A stretch of DNA of 24,135 nucleotides from a virus (lineage: Duplodnaviria; Caudoviricetes). The notes below the pieces were generated by a model, which saw only the letters and a list, made by a program, of their open reading frames with translations, was not told the origin of the DNA and did no database searches. The first letter of the stretch is position 1, and each line of letters starts with the position of its first letter. Both the position numbers and the translations under genes were made by a program. The stretch is taken from positions 1-24,135 of IMG/VR virus record IMGVR_UViG_3300032295_000612. One strand, given 5' to 3'. Shown piece after piece: positions 1 through 9,538 of the stretch.

Positions 1-185
1 CCTACAACTTGGCGATGGAAATTGCACCCGAGTTTGGTGTGGAGCCAAGCCCACAGGTGAAGCGCGTTGCCATGACAAGCAAGCGCAACCTCAAGCGCAT
101 CAACAACCCATACGATGTGATGAGTCTGCCCTATGCTGTGGTGGCAAATCGTCAGCGGTTCAACATCTACGCCGGTAACTTCTAA
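1..185 (+). CDS. 3' end of head-to-tail adaptor / packaged-DNA stabilization protein (P22 gp4-like), partial
   Basis: Open frame from nt 3: YNLAMEIAPEFGVEPSPQVKRVAMTSKRNLKRINNP...FNIYAGNF*. The YNLA-x-E-x-APEFG segment is typical of gp4-like adaptors. Stop overlaps the next start (TAATG), directly upstream of a gp10-like gene. Confidence 0.7.
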   Translation, partial: YNLAMEIAPEFGVEPSPQVKRVAMTSKRNLKRINNPYDVMSLPYAVVANRQRFNIYAGNF

Positions 186-1717
186 TGAAGACGCCCATCC
201 TCGGTTCATCCTACGTCACCCGCAGCGTCAACGCTGCGGATGCCCGCATGGTCAACCTGTTCCCCGAAGTCATCCCCGAGGGTGGACTAGAGCCTGCGTT
301 TTTAAACCGCGCACCAGGCTTGCGCCGACTGGCAACAATCGGCACTGGTCCAATTCGTGGTCTGTGGGATTTTGCACCTGACAGCAACACCGCCTTCGTC
401 GTGTCGGGCACTCAGTTGTTCAAGATCAACCGCAGCTACACGGCTACACTGCTGGGCACTGTGGTAGGCACTGGCCCTGTGAGCATTGCTGATAACGGCA
501 CTCAGTTGTTTATCGCAGCCAACGGGCCAAGCTACATCTACAACAACACAACAAACGTGTTCCAGCAGATCACTGACCCAGACTTTCCTGGTGCGGTAAG
601 CGTGGGCTATCTGGACGGCTACTTCGTGTTCAACGAGCCAAACAGTCAAAAAATTTGGGTTACCAGTCTGCTGGACGGTCTGTCCGTGGACCCGCTGGAT
701 TTTGCAAGCGCCGAAGGTGCCCCCGATGAAGTCACTGGTTTGATTGTTGACCACCGTGAGGTCTGGGTGCTGGGCACCAACTCGGTCGAGGTTTGGTACA
801 ACGCAGGCACCCCAGACTTCCCATTACAGCGCATCCAAGGCGCTTTTAACGAGATTGGCTGCATATCCCCTTACTCGCTTGCCAAACTCGATAACGGCGT
901 GTTCTGGCTGGGTTCTGACGCCCGTGGCAAGGGCATCGTCTACCGGGCCAACGGCTACACGGGCACCCGCATCTCAACACACGCTGTTGAGTGGCACATC
1001 CAACAATACAGCGACATCACCGACGCTTTTGGGTACACGTACCAACAAGACGGCCATAGTTTTTATGTGCTGATCTTTCCATCGGCCAACACCACATGGG
1101 TGTATGACGTGGCGACGCAGGCGTGGCACGAGAGAGCTGGGTTTGACAACGGTGACTTTACACGGCACCGCAGCAACTGCCAGATGGCGTTTAACAACGA
1201 GATTGTGGTCGGCGACTTTCAAAACGGCAAAATCTACGCTTTTGATCTTGATGACTACTCGGACGACGGGCAGATTCAAAAGTGGCTGCGCACATGGCGT
1301 GCGCTGCCTACGGGCCAGAACAACTTTGAACGTACCGCGCAGCACAGTCTTCAGCTTAATTTAGAAACGGGTGTTGGTATATCGGGGAACGATCCAGCGG
1401 GTGAAAGATTTCCAGCCGAAGCGCCAACTCTAGTTTTAGATTTTGTCAATCAGCAGTACGACATTTATCAGCCAAACTTTGTGCAAGGGTTTGACCCCCA
1501 AGTCATGCTGCGCTGGAGCGATGACGGTGGACACACATGGTCTAGCGAACACTGGGCATCCATCGGCAAAATTGGCGTTTATGGGCAACGTACGTTCTGG
1601 CGGCGTTTGGGCATGACGCTCAAACTGCGTGACCGGGTGTATGAGGTATCTGGCACTGACCCTGTGAAGATCGCCATCACTGGCGCTGAACTCATCCTTA
1701 GCTCAACCACAGCATAA
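185..1717 (+). CDS. Packaged-DNA stabilization / tail hub protein (P22 gp10-like)
   Basis: 510 aa, beta-rich. Motifs 'FASAEGAPD', 'SVEVWYNAG', '[11 protein letters not shown]', '[14 protein letters not shown]' and '[12 protein letters not shown]...WRRLG' are characteristic of the gp10 family; synteny with the gp4-like gene. Confidence 0.88.
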   Translation: MKTPILGSSYVTRSVNAADARMVNLFPEVIPEGGLEPAFLNRAPGLRRLATIGTGPIRGLWDFAPDSNTAFVVSGTQLFKINRSYTATLLGTVVGTGPVSIADNGTQLFIAANGPSYIYNNTTNVFQQITDPDFPGAVSVGYLDGYFVFNEPNSQKIWVTSLLDGLSVDPLDFASAEGAPDEVTGLIVDHREVWVLGTNSVEVWYNAGTPDFPLQRIQGAFNEIGCISPYSLAKLDNGVFWLGSDARGKGIVYRANGYTGTRISTHAVEWHIQQYSDITDAFGYTYQQDGHSFYVLIFPSANTTWVYDVATQAWHERAGFDNGDFTRHRSNCQMAFNNEIVVGDFQNGKIYAFDLDDYSDDGQIQKWLRTWRALPTGQNNFERTAQHSLQLNLETGVGISGNDPAGERFPAEAPTLVLDFVNQQYDIYQPNFVQGFDPQVMLRWSDDGGHTWSSEHWASIGKIGVYGQRTFWRRLGMTLKLRDRVYEVSGTDPVKIAITGAELILSSTTA

Positions 1718-2871
1718 TGGCAACCTCTCAACTTACCAACATCACGCCTCCTCGGGTTCCTTTTTTGGACCCGAGGAACGGCCTGATTTCGCGTGAGTGG
1801 TACAGGTTCCTCTTAAACTTGTTTGTGCTGACTGGTGGGGGCCAGAACACGACAACTTTGACAGACTTACAAGTGGGTCCACCGATGCCCACCCAAGAGG
1901 ACTTTGTTGAAATCACTGTTGACATTGAGTCGCTTGAAAAGCAACCGACTCAAGAAAGCGCACTTGAGCAAATCGCTGAGTTGCAAAAGCAGATTGAGGC
2001 GCTAGAAGCGCAGATTGAATGCCCTTGCATTGAACTAACAACGGTATTGCAAGCGCAGATTGAAGCACTTGAAGCGCAGATTGCGAGTCCTTGCACCGAA
2101 TTAACAGCCGAATTGCAAGCGCAGATTGAGGCGCTAGAGGTGCGACCACCCGCAACGCCTCAGATTCCTGAATACATCTACGGTTCGTTTTACAGCACTG
2201 CCGACCAGCCCGACGGCTCAACAACCACGGCTTACCCATTGCTGTACGACACCACTCAGTTCAGCAAAAACGTGGTACTGGAAGACCGCACAGCCGTGTT
2301 CACGGCCTCAATTGCCACGACCACCATGACTGTGACGGCAATTGCGTCGGGGCCAATTTACCCCGGCATGGTAATTACAGGCACGGGCGTCACCGCAGGC
2401 ACTCGTATTGTGTCTCAGTTGACCGGCACTGACGGTAGCACGGGTACTTATGTGGTCAGCATATCGCAGACTGTGGCGTCTACGACGATCACAGGCACTT
2501 GCAAGTCGAAAATACGGTGTGAGGTTGCCGGGGTATATAACGTGCAGTTCAGCGTTCAGTTTGTAAACACCGACTCCAACATCCATGACACTGATATTTG
2601 GATGCGTAAGAACGGCACAGATGTATCAAACTCCAACAGCCAGTTCTCTATACCAAACCGACACGGCTCCGTAGATGGGCACCTAATTGGGGCGTTAAAT
2701 TTGTTCATTGACTTGGCTGCGGATGAATACATTGAACTGATGTGGTCAACCACGAATGCGGCCACTACAATTCAATACATCGGTGCTCAAACTAGCCCTG
2801 TACGCCCTGCGATACCTTCTGCAATTTTAACTGTGTCGCTGGCATCCGTACCTACATTTCAAGGAGTTTAA
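1717..2871 (+). CDS. Tail needle/spike-like virion protein: N-terminal anchor, coiled coil, C-terminal beta-sandwich (C1q/BclA-like) knob
   Basis: 384 aa, in the gp26 position after gp10. Heptad repeats LQxQIEALE; C-terminal 'YGSFYST...[12 protein letters not shown]...DIWMRKNG...YIELMW' resembles trimeric jelly-roll knobs. Confidence 0.65.
   Translation: MATSQLTNITPPRVPFLDPRNGLISREWYRFLLNLFVLTGGGQNTTTLTDLQVGPPMPTQEDFVEITVDIESLEKQPTQESALEQIAELQKQIEALEAQIECPCIELTTVLQAQIEALEAQIASPCTELTAELQAQIEALEVRPPATPQIPEYIYGSFYSTADQPDGSTTTAYPLLYDTTQFSKNVVLEDRTAVFTASIATTTMTVTAIASGPIYPGMVITGTGVTAGTRIVSQLTGTDGSTGTYVVSISQTVASTTITGTCKSKIRCEVAGVYNVQFSVQFVNTDSNIHDTDIWMRKNGTDVSNSNSQFSIPNRHGSVDGHLIGALNLFIDLAADEYIELMWSTTNAATTIQYIGAQTSPVRPAIPSAILTVSLASVPTFQGV
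1975..2139 (+). repeat. 66-bp (22-aa) in-frame tandem repeat, 2.5 copies
   Basis: Units start at 1975, 2041 and 2107: [22 protein letters not shown] / [22 protein letters not shown] / [11 protein letters not shown]. Confidence 0.9.
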
Positions 2872-2873
2872 AC

Positions 2874-3209
2874 ATGACCGTTACCGTCAAAAATCTTGTG
2901 CCATCAAAAGATGTTGCAAGCAGCCAAACAACTCAGTACACCGCAACTGGTGTAACCGCAATCATTGACAAGTTCACCGCGACCAATTACAGCGCCAGTC
3001 CTGCCACGATCTCGGTCAACTTGGTTACGCTTGCTGGCTCTCCTGGCAACAGCAACCTGATCACCAAGACCAAGACCCTTCAGCCGTCTGAGGTCTACAC
3101 GTTCCCTGAGTTGGTCGGACAGGTTTTGAGTCCTGGCAGCTTCATCAGTACAATCGCTGGAACCGCCAGCGCCATCAACATGCGCGTCAGCGGGCGCGAA
3201 GTGACTTAA
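2874..3209 (+). CDS. Small virion structural protein (beta-rich)
   Basis: 111 aa, Ser/Thr-rich, AAGGAG RBS upstream, lies within the tail operon. Confidence 0.7.
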   Translation: MTVTVKNLVPSKDVASSQTTQYTATGVTAIIDKFTATNYSASPATISVNLVTLAGSPGNSNLITKTKTLQPSEVYTFPELVGQVLSPGSFISTIAGTASAINMRVSGREVT

Positions 3210-3219
3210 GGAGAATACT

Positions 3220-3954
3220 ATGGCCGCATGGATGATACCTGCCGCAATTTTGGGCAGTTCTTTACTTGGGTCTCGATCCGCAGGTAAAGCAGCAGATGTT
3301 CAAGCCGCAGCCGCAGATCGCGCAGCGGATCTGCAACGCGAACAGTTTAACCGTCAGGTTGAGTTGCAAGCGCCGTTTCGTGAAGCCGGTGTCAACGCGT
3401 TGAACAAGCTGGCACCACTGGCGTCCGAGTACACACCATTTGGGATGCAGCAGTTTCAAGCCGATCCTGGCTATGCGTTTCGCATGTCCGAAGGTATGAA
3501 GGGGCTGGAACGATCCGCTGCTGCCCGTGGTGGCCTACTGTCAGGCGCTGCGCTACAAGGCATCCAGCGATTCGGCCAAGGCCTTGCATCGCAGGAATAC
3601 CAAAACGCATTTAACCGATACGGCGTTGAACGCGACCGCCAATTGAATCCTTTGCAATCGCTGGCGGGCATGGGTCAAACAACCTCGCAACAACTTGGTG
3701 CAGCGGGGCAAACAATGGCTGGCAATGTAGGCCAAGCAATGGGCGCAGCAGCCCAAGCCCGAGCATCTGGCTACATGGGGGGCGCTAGCGCGTTGACTCA
3801 AGGCTTGGGTTCGTACATGAATTACAACCAGCAGCAAAATCAGAACGCGCTGTTTAACCAACTGATTGGTAACCGAGGTGGTTTTGGTGGCGGTACAGGC
3901 ACGACAGGTACAGGCTTTGATTATTCCGGCATGTCCGAATACGGCGGGAGATAA
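3220..3954 (+). CDS. DNA ejection/transfer protein (P22 gp7-like)
   Basis: 244 aa, Gly/Ala/Gln-rich with hydrophobic N-terminus. 'DPGYAFRMSEGMKGLERSAAARGGLLSG' is typical of gp7-like pilot proteins. TAAGGAG RBS. Confidence 0.75.
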   Translation: MAAWMIPAAILGSSLLGSRSAGKAADVQAAAADRAADLQREQFNRQVELQAPFREAGVNALNKLAPLASEYTPFGMQQFQADPGYAFRMSEGMKGLERSAAARGGLLSGAALQGIQRFGQGLASQEYQNAFNRYGVERDRQLNPLQSLAGMGQTTSQQLGAAGQTMAGNVGQAMGAAAQARASGYMGGASALTQGLGSYMNYNQQQNQNALFNQLIGNRGGFGGGTGTTGTGFDYSGMSEYGGR

Positions 3955-3957
3955 TTT

Positions 3958-5475
3958 ATGGCACTCGTTAACCCCAACATCGCAATGTCGTTTCGTATGC
4001 CCGAGTTCCAGCCTCGGAATGCGTTGGCAGAGTACGCCCAGATTCAACAGATCCAAGGTGGTCAGCAAGCGCAAGAACTGGCTCGGTTTCAGCTTGGGGC
4101 TGCGCAACGTGCTGAAGCAGCATCTACTATTCAAAACGAGTTGTTTGCAAAACACTTTGACCCCACCAAGGGTGGCGTCAACGTCAACGCATTTGTGACC
4201 GAAGCAGCGCAACGTGGTCAAGGCGGTATTATCCCCGGCTTTCTCAAAACCGAAGCAGAGCGTCAATCTGCCGCAGCTATTTTGGAGAAAACCCGAGGCG
4301 AGATTGAAAAAAATCAATTTGCGTTACAAGAAAAAAAGTTTAACCGGGCTTGGCAAAGCGCCGGTGCTGCGGCTACACCTCAAATTGCCATTGATCAACT
4401 GACAAAAGCAGTTAAGAGTGGCGAGATTGACATGGCAACGGCCACACGTGAAATTCAAAATCTTCAAAACATGACGCCTGACCAATATAAGGGTTGGCGG
4501 GCAAATGCAATTCTCAAACTATTGGACGCCAAGGATCAACTTGGTTTTATGCTGCCCAAGACTGTACGCCAAGAAGCAGGCGGTCAGATTTTGAGTATTC
4601 AGGACAACCCAATGATGCCGGGTTACGGTCAGCCGATTGCTGGTGCGGCTATTACCAAGACACCGACTATTGGTGAGCGCACAGCGCAAGGCCAACTTTC
4701 TTTGGCGCAGCAGAAGTTTGCGTTTGAAAAAGCTAATCCCACAATGTCGATCCAAGAAGACCCATCTGGATTGCTGGCGGTCAACACTCGCACTGGTGTG
4801 GCAACTCCTGTGGTGTATGGTCCAAATGGTATTCAAGCTGCACCAGTTGCACCAGCCGCAGCACCGGGTGCCGGTATGCCCGGTCCAAGACTGCCTGCAC
4901 CAACAATTCAAGCCATCCCCGGCATGACCAGCGTGCTTGATCGGCCTGCTGCTCCAGCAGCAATGCCAATGCCTGCTGTTGAAGGTGCTCGGACGCCTGG
5001 TACGCCAGTGCGAGGTACAAAAGACGCTCCAGCTAAGTTTAATGACACAGACATGCAATTGGCAGGTTTGGCTGGATCTCTGAAAGAATTTAGGGATGAA
5101 GTTGGCAAGAAGTTAGCCACAGGTGCAAAATTCCTGCCGGCTGGCGCAGACACAGCCAGAATGCAGGCCAAATACACATCGCTGTTAATGGGCGTAAAAG
5201 ACTTGTACACACTTGGCGCGTTGGCTGGACCTGATATGTCCATCATTGAGTCGCAACTTACTAACCCTGCTTCATGGGCTGGAAAGATGACAAGCCAAAA
5301 AGGCTTTGAAGAACAAATCAAAGTAATTGAAGACATGTTGAAGCGCAGCGCAGGCAGCCTTGAAACCACTTACAGCCGTCAACCAAAAGCCACAAAGAAG
5401 GCTCTTGAGTCTTTGGGCACTGGGTTGCCAGGCTCAAGCGCGACCAATCCATTGGGCTTACCAGGAATCCCTTAA
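3958..5475 (+). CDS. Putative DNA ejection/internal virion protein (gp20 position)
   Basis: 505 aa, Ala/Gln-rich helical protein with a Pro/Ala linker; second gene of the ejection trio by synteny. Confidence 0.6.
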   Translation: MALVNPNIAMSFRMPEFQPRNALAEYAQIQQIQGGQQAQELARFQLGAAQRAEAASTIQNELFAKHFDPTKGGVNVNAFVTEAAQRGQGGIIPGFLKTEAERQSAAAILEKTRGEIEKNQFALQEKKFNRAWQSAGAAATPQIAIDQLTKAVKSGEIDMATATREIQNLQNMTPDQYKGWRANAILKLLDAKDQLGFMLPKTVRQEAGGQILSIQDNPMMPGYGQPIAGAAITKTPTIGERTAQGQLSLAQQKFAFEKANPTMSIQEDPSGLLAVNTRTGVATPVVYGPNGIQAAPVAPAAAPGAGMPGPRLPAPTIQAIPGMTSVLDRPAAPAAMPMPAVEGARTPGTPVRGTKDAPAKFNDTDMQLAGLAGSLKEFRDEVGKKLATGAKFLPAGADTARMQAKYTSLLMGVKDLYTLGALAGPDMSIIESQLTNPASWAGKMTSQKGFEEQIKVIEDMLKRSAGSLETTYSRQPKATKKALESLGTGLPGSSATNPLGLPGIP

Positions 5476-5477
5476 TC

Positions 5478-7349
5478 ATGGCAACACTTGCAGAATTCCG
5501 CGCACAGTATCCACAATACGATGCCGTGCCAGATGTCAAGCTGGCCGACTCGCTGCACCAGAAGTTTTACAGCCAGATCCCCAAGATGGACTTTTACAAG
5601 ACCATTGGGCTGGGCGCGGCTGCGGCAATTCCTGGCGCTGAAAATGTGGTGACTGGTGTTAAGCCACCAGAAGTGTCAATGCGTGATCGTATTGCTGGCA
5701 TCATAGAAACGCCATTGGCGCTTGGCGCTACTTTGGGCGGTGGCTTGATATCTCCAATTGCCGGCGGCATCTCACTTGCTGCCAGTGGCAAAGGCATCAA
5801 CACGCCAGAAGGCCGCAAGGCTATGGAAGCTGGCATGAAAGCTGTTCAGTATCAGCCCCGCACACAGACTGCACAACAAGCTTTGGGTGCATTTGGTGAG
5901 TTTTTGCAGCCTCTGACGGCGGCATTGCCACCAACACTTGGCAGTGTTGGCACCACCCTCAATGCTTTGGCTGTCCCTGCTTTTCAGCAAACCACTGCGG
6001 CTGCTCGGCCAATGGTTGCTCAAGTTGTGCCACCTGTGCAGAATGCTTTGGCGCGGGTATTGCCAACGCCACAACAGCCTCAAATGCAAGGCATGGGCGC
6101 TGCGACCACCGCAGAAGATCTGATGCGCCAAGAGCGTTTGCAGCGTTTGGGTATCCGTGCCACTGCTGGTGAGCGTGAAAAGAATTTGCAGAAGCAACAG
6201 TTTGAGTCTGAAGTGCAGCGTGGCGTCATTGCTGGCATTCCGGAAGACGTAAAAATTGAATTGTCTGAAAAATCCAGAGCATTTAAAGCAGGGCAAAAAC
6301 AAGACATCGTCAACAACTTTGAGCGCATGACTAACGAAGTCGGTGCAGAAGTTGCCGACCCAACGCAAATGAGGGCTGTGGGCCGAATCGTAGACAAGGC
6401 GTTGAACGACGAGTACACCAAGAAATTTGATGCGTACAAGCAGTTATATGCCCGAGCCGACAACGCTGGCGAAACATTGCAGCAGGTGCCGTATCAAAGT
6501 TTGCTGGATTACATCAACACCAAGACGCCAACACAGCGCCAAAAGCTAGACCCAATCTTGGATTCTGTGGCTGAGTCATTGAGAATGAATGACCCACAAA
6601 ATACTGGCGCAATTTCTGTGCGTGCTCTTGAAGACATCTACCAGCAAATTGGCACAGTCAAGGATTCGGCAAACGCCAAGCCTATGAAAAACATCATTAC
6701 CCAGATGGGTGAGGGTGCTGGCGGTGAGTTGTATCAAGCGGCACGCAAAGCCAGAGAGCAATTGGCAAAGCAGTTTGAAGACGTGTCCAGAGTGGACAAG
6801 TTGTTGAGCACCAAGTCTGGTTATGCTGACCGCAGGGTGGCGCTTGACGATGTGTTCAAGCATATTGTGTTGGACGGCTCTTTGGAAGAAATGCGCACGG
6901 TCACCACCTTGCTGAAAAAAGGTGGACCAGCCGGGCAACAAGCCTACAAAGAATTGCAAGGTCAGACTATTCAACAGATGAAAGATTTGCTCACCAAGGG
7001 TGATCAGATGTCTTTCAGAAACCTGAACACGTTGATCAACCAGTTGGACAACGAAGACAAACTGGTTTACATGTATGGTAAGTCTGGCCGTGATCAAATC
7101 ATGGATCTGAGAGATGCCATCAAAGATGTGGTGGTCAAAGAGCCTGGCGTTGTCAATTACAGCAACACTTCTGGCGCTGTCTTGCGTGGCCTTGAGGCTT
7201 TGCAGAAATTGCCCGTGCGCCTACCTGGCGTGCAAACAGTTGCTGAAGTTGCGCGTACACGCCAAGTGAAGAAGCAGTTTGAGAAATCACTGCAACAGCC
7301 AAACCAGTTGGCTCCTAAGAGTCCCAACAAAAACGCATTGGTGAAGTAA
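5478..7349 (+). CDS. Putative DNA ejection/internal virion protein (gp16 position)
   Basis: 623 aa. N-terminal 'LAEFRAQYPQYDAVPDVKLADSLHQKFYS' motif, Gly/Ala-rich hydrophobic stretches and a helical C-terminus; last gene before lysis. Confidence 0.6.
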   Translation: MATLAEFRAQYPQYDAVPDVKLADSLHQKFYSQIPKMDFYKTIGLGAAAAIPGAENVVTGVKPPEVSMRDRIAGIIETPLALGATLGGGLISPIAGGISLAASGKGINTPEGRKAMEAGMKAVQYQPRTQTAQQALGAFGEFLQPLTAALPPTLGSVGTTLNALAVPAFQQTTAAARPMVAQVVPPVQNALARVLPTPQQPQMQGMGAATTAEDLMRQERLQRLGIRATAGEREKNLQKQQFESEVQRGVIAGIPEDVKIELSEKSRAFKAGQKQDIVNNFERMTNEVGAEVADPTQMRAVGRIVDKALNDEYTKKFDAYKQLYARADNAGETLQQVPYQSLLDYINTKTPTQRQKLDPILDSVAESLRMNDPQNTGAISVRALEDIYQQIGTVKDSANAKPMKNIITQMGEGAGGELYQAARKAREQLAKQFEDVSRVDKLLSTKSGYADRRVALDDVFKHIVLDGSLEEMRTVTTLLKKGGPAGQQAYKELQGQTIQQMKDLLTKGDQMSFRNLNTLINQLDNEDKLVYMYGKSGRDQIMDLRDAIKDVVVKEPGVVNYSNTSGAVLRGLEALQKLPVRLPGVQTVAEVARTRQVKKQFEKSLQQPNQLAPKSPNKNALVK

Positions 7350-7556
7350 ATGAATGAGCAAATTAGCGCAACAGACGCACGACTGACCACGCACGAGCAA
7401 GTGTGCGCCCATCGTTACGAAGGCATTCAAAAAAGTTTTGAGTCAGGCTCCAAGCGCATGGCCAAGATCGAGTATCTGCTTTACGCAGTAATCGCTGCGG
7501 TCTTGCTCGGCCCTGGCGTTGCGGCTGAAGTTGTCAAAAAGTTTTTTGGACTTTGA
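7350..7556 (+). CDS. Small membrane protein (coiled coil plus C-terminal TM), possible holin/antiholin
   Basis: 68 aa, 'RLTTHEQVCAHRY' followed by TM segment 'YLLYAVIAAVLLGPGV'; first gene of the lysis region. Confidence 0.65.
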   Translation: MNEQISATDARLTTHEQVCAHRYEGIQKSFESGSKRMAKIEYLLYAVIAAVLLGPGVAAEVVKKFFGL

Positions 7557-7558
7557 CC

Positions 7559-7660
7559 ATGAGAGACTGGGCCGTCAGTTTCATCGCTGCGGTCCTTCTT
7601 GTTGGGCTTGTCGTATGGTGCGCCCGTGTTTTTATTGAGGCGATGTATGGCCGACTTTAA
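7559..7660 (+). CDS. 33-aa single-TM peptide (not in ORF track)
   Basis: MRDWAVSFIAAVLLVGLVVWCARVFIEAMYGRL*. Starts 2 nt after the previous stop, fills the gap and overlaps the endolysin start. Confidence 0.6.
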   Translation: MRDWAVSFIAAVLLVGLVVWCARVFIEAMYGRL

Positions 7661-8153
7661 ACCAGCATACGAGCGCATGATTCGCGACGAGGGTGGCTAC
7701 GTGCTGCACAATGTGCCCGGTGACAGGGGTGGTCAAACTTATGCGGGTATCGCCCGTAACATGCACCCCAAATGGGATGGGTGGCAGCACATCGACACGG
7801 GTTCCACGCCTCCTGCGCAGCTTATTCACGACTTTTACAAGGTCAAATTCTGGGACGACATTTGTGGTGACCAGATCACCAGTCAAGTCATCGCGTCCGA
7901 CATTTTTAACTTTTACGTCAACACCGGGCGTCCGGCCAAAGTGCTGGCGCAGTTGGTCATTGACGCCACGCCTGATGGAGCCTTTGGCCCTCGGACAGTT
8001 GCAGCCATAAACGCTGCCGATCCCGAGAAGTTCGTGTTGTCTTACGCCTTGGCAAAGATCACCCGTTACCGTGACATCGTGCAGCGTGACCGAACGCAGA
8101 TTAAGTTCTTGGTGGGCTGGATCAACCGAACACTGAACGGGCTAAAGTCATGA
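7647..8153 (+). CDS. Endolysin, glycoside hydrolase family 108 with C-terminal peptidoglycan-binding domain
   Basis: 'DEGGY...DRGGQTYAGI' GH108 catalytic motif, 'DGAFGPRT' and 'KFLVGWINR' tail. Start re-called to ATG 7647 (MADFKPAY), which has GAGG upstream. Confidence 0.9.
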   Translation: MADFKPAYERMIRDEGGYVLHNVPGDRGGQTYAGIARNMHPKWDGWQHIDTGSTPPAQLIHDFYKVKFWDDICGDQITSQVIASDIFNFYVNTGRPAKVLAQLVIDATPDGAFGPRTVAAINAADPEKFVLSYALAKITRYRDIVQRDRTQIKFLVGWINRTLNGLKS

Positions 8154-8560
8154 ACTTATTTGGCATCGGCACTGTCATTGACTCGGTAGGTAAGATTGCC
8201 TCCGACCTGATCACCACAGACAAAGAACGCCTTGACATGGCGCTGCGCGAGAAGGAATTAGATCAGCGGCTAGACATCGCTCAAATCGAGGTTAACAAGG
8301 CAGAAGCCCAACACAGCAGCATCTTCGTAGCTGGGTGGCGTCCTGCTATCGGCTGGATCGGTGCAGCGGCTATGGCCTATCAGTTCTTGCTCTACCCACT
8401 CATGCTGTGGGGCTGGACATGGATGCAAGGGGTAGGCTGGATTCCCAAAGAACTGACACCCCCGCCTGTAATAGACTCTGACCAGCTATGGGTCATTTTG
8501 TCAGGAATATTGGGCATCGCTGGAATGAGATCATTTGAGAAATCTAAGGGTGTAGCGTAG
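8150..8560 (+). CDS. Holin, 3-TM GTA-type family
   Basis: 'EAQHSSIFVAGWRPAIGW' and 'GILGIAGMRSFEKSKGV' signature motifs; ATGA overlap with the endolysin stop. Confidence 0.85.
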   Translation: MNLFGIGTVIDSVGKIASDLITTDKERLDMALREKELDQRLDIAQIEVNKAEAQHSSIFVAGWRPAIGWIGAAAMAYQFLLYPLMLWGWTWMQGVGWIPKELTPPPVIDSDQLWVILSGILGIAGMRSFEKSKGVA

Positions 8561-9032
8561 CCGTCTTAACGATTGACCGGGCCTTGCGCATCCTGAATTC
8601 TTCTTCAACGATGAACAAGGCCTGCTCCATCTCCCTGACAGTGCAATCGTCAAGCTGGCTGTCGTGCAGATCCATGATCAGCTTTACAGCGGCCATCTCT
8701 GGCCCCGTAAAAACAAACGATCCCTTCTCGTGCCCGCGCACGCCCATCGAGTAGACGGCATCTTGCGCGGCCCTGATCTCGTCAGCCCAGTCACGCCCCA
8801 GATCAGCGCGTATTCTGATCAGCGCCTCGCTCATGTTGACCGCTGAAATTATCACGTCAACGTGGTCTTTAGTGCCTTGGCCTGTCAGTATGGAATCAAG
8901 CGCCTCGTGGTTCTTGAGTTTGAGCGCCACGCCAGCAGTGGGCAGCGTGCCCACCTTCTTCATGCCTGCGATGAGCCATGACATATTGTCGTAGCGCACC
9001 CCACGAGGTTTGTACTTGCTTTTCTTTTTCAT
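8544..9032 (-). CDS. Hypothetical phage protein
   Basis: 162 aa, basic N-terminus, helical; ATGA-coupled to the upstream - strand gene. Confidence 0.75.
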   Translation of the reverse strand: MKKKSKYKPRGVRYDNMSWLIAGMKKVGTLPTAGVALKLKNHEALDSILTGQGTKDHVDVIISAVNMSEALIRIRADLGRDWADEIRAAQDAVYSMGVRGHEKGSFVFTGPEMAAVKLIMDLHDSQLDDCTVREMEQALFIVEEEFRMRKARSIVKTATLHP

Positions 9033-9241
9033 AGCTCGTGCTTGTTCTTGGTCGGCTTGATCTTAGGATGCGCCCGGCTGTGGATGCTGAACTGCTTGTA
9101 CGCCAAGACGTTCTCTTCTTTGGTCAAGCTCTCGTACACCTGTACTCGCTTGGGCCTGAAATACACGTCTCTGGCGAATATGCTGGGGCGTGGATTACTG
9201 GCCCACAAGAAGGGCGAGTCGGTGTGGCATTTACAGGTCAT
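9029..9241 (-). CDS. Hypothetical protein
   Basis: 70 aa ORF tiling with its neighbours through short overlaps. Confidence 0.6.
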   Translation of the reverse strand: MTCKCHTDSPFLWASNPRPSIFARDVYFRPKRVQVYESLTKEENVLAYKQFSIHSRAHPKIKPTKNKHEL

Positions 9242-9353
9242 TCTTTTCTTTCAATGTAGCCCATGCCACTTCATTGCACTTGGCGCATTGGTAGTGGTAC
9301 TGAGTGCGGTGTGGTGATGGCGTCAGTATCCAGCGGTGCTTACATTGGGTCAT
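9231..9353 (-). CDS. Small putative Zn-ribbon protein
   Basis: MTQCKHRW...YQCAKC, 40 aa. Start re-called to ATG 9353 (ATGA overlap with the upstream gene, GGGGA RBS). Confidence 0.55.
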   Translation of the reverse strand: MTQCKHRWILTPSPHRTQYHYQCAKCNEVAWATLKEKNDL

Positions 9354-9538
9354 GTGTTCCCCCTGTTTCGGATTAAATCGGCTGCTTGGTAAGGCTCTGC
9401 CAAATCTGCTATCTTTGCACACGCCTCACGCTCATCAGCACGAGCAAGGGCTTCAAAAACCAAGAAATTGTCAAACAAGCCACCATCTTCCAGGCCTGTC
9501 ATTCCAGCTTCTTCAGCCATGTCGATCATTTTTCTCAT
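9350..9538 (-). CDS. Hypothetical protein (EREACAK-type small phage protein)
   Basis: 62 aa, AAGGAG RBS, ATGA coupling. Confidence 0.7.
   Translation of the reverse strand: MRKMIDMAEEAGMTGLEDGGLFDNFLVFEALARADEREACAKIADLAEPYQAADLIRNRGNT

Noticed and set aside
4831-5010. Pro/Ala-rich low-complexity stretch as a DNA repeat
   Set aside because: No regular nucleotide periodicity; consistent with a disordered linker in an ejection protein.
7599-7646. N-terminal extension of the endolysin as a SAR or signal sequence
   Set aside because: The TTG start lacks an RBS. ATG 7647 has GAGG and matches the usual GH108 start, and the upstream bases are better explained by the 33-aa ORF.
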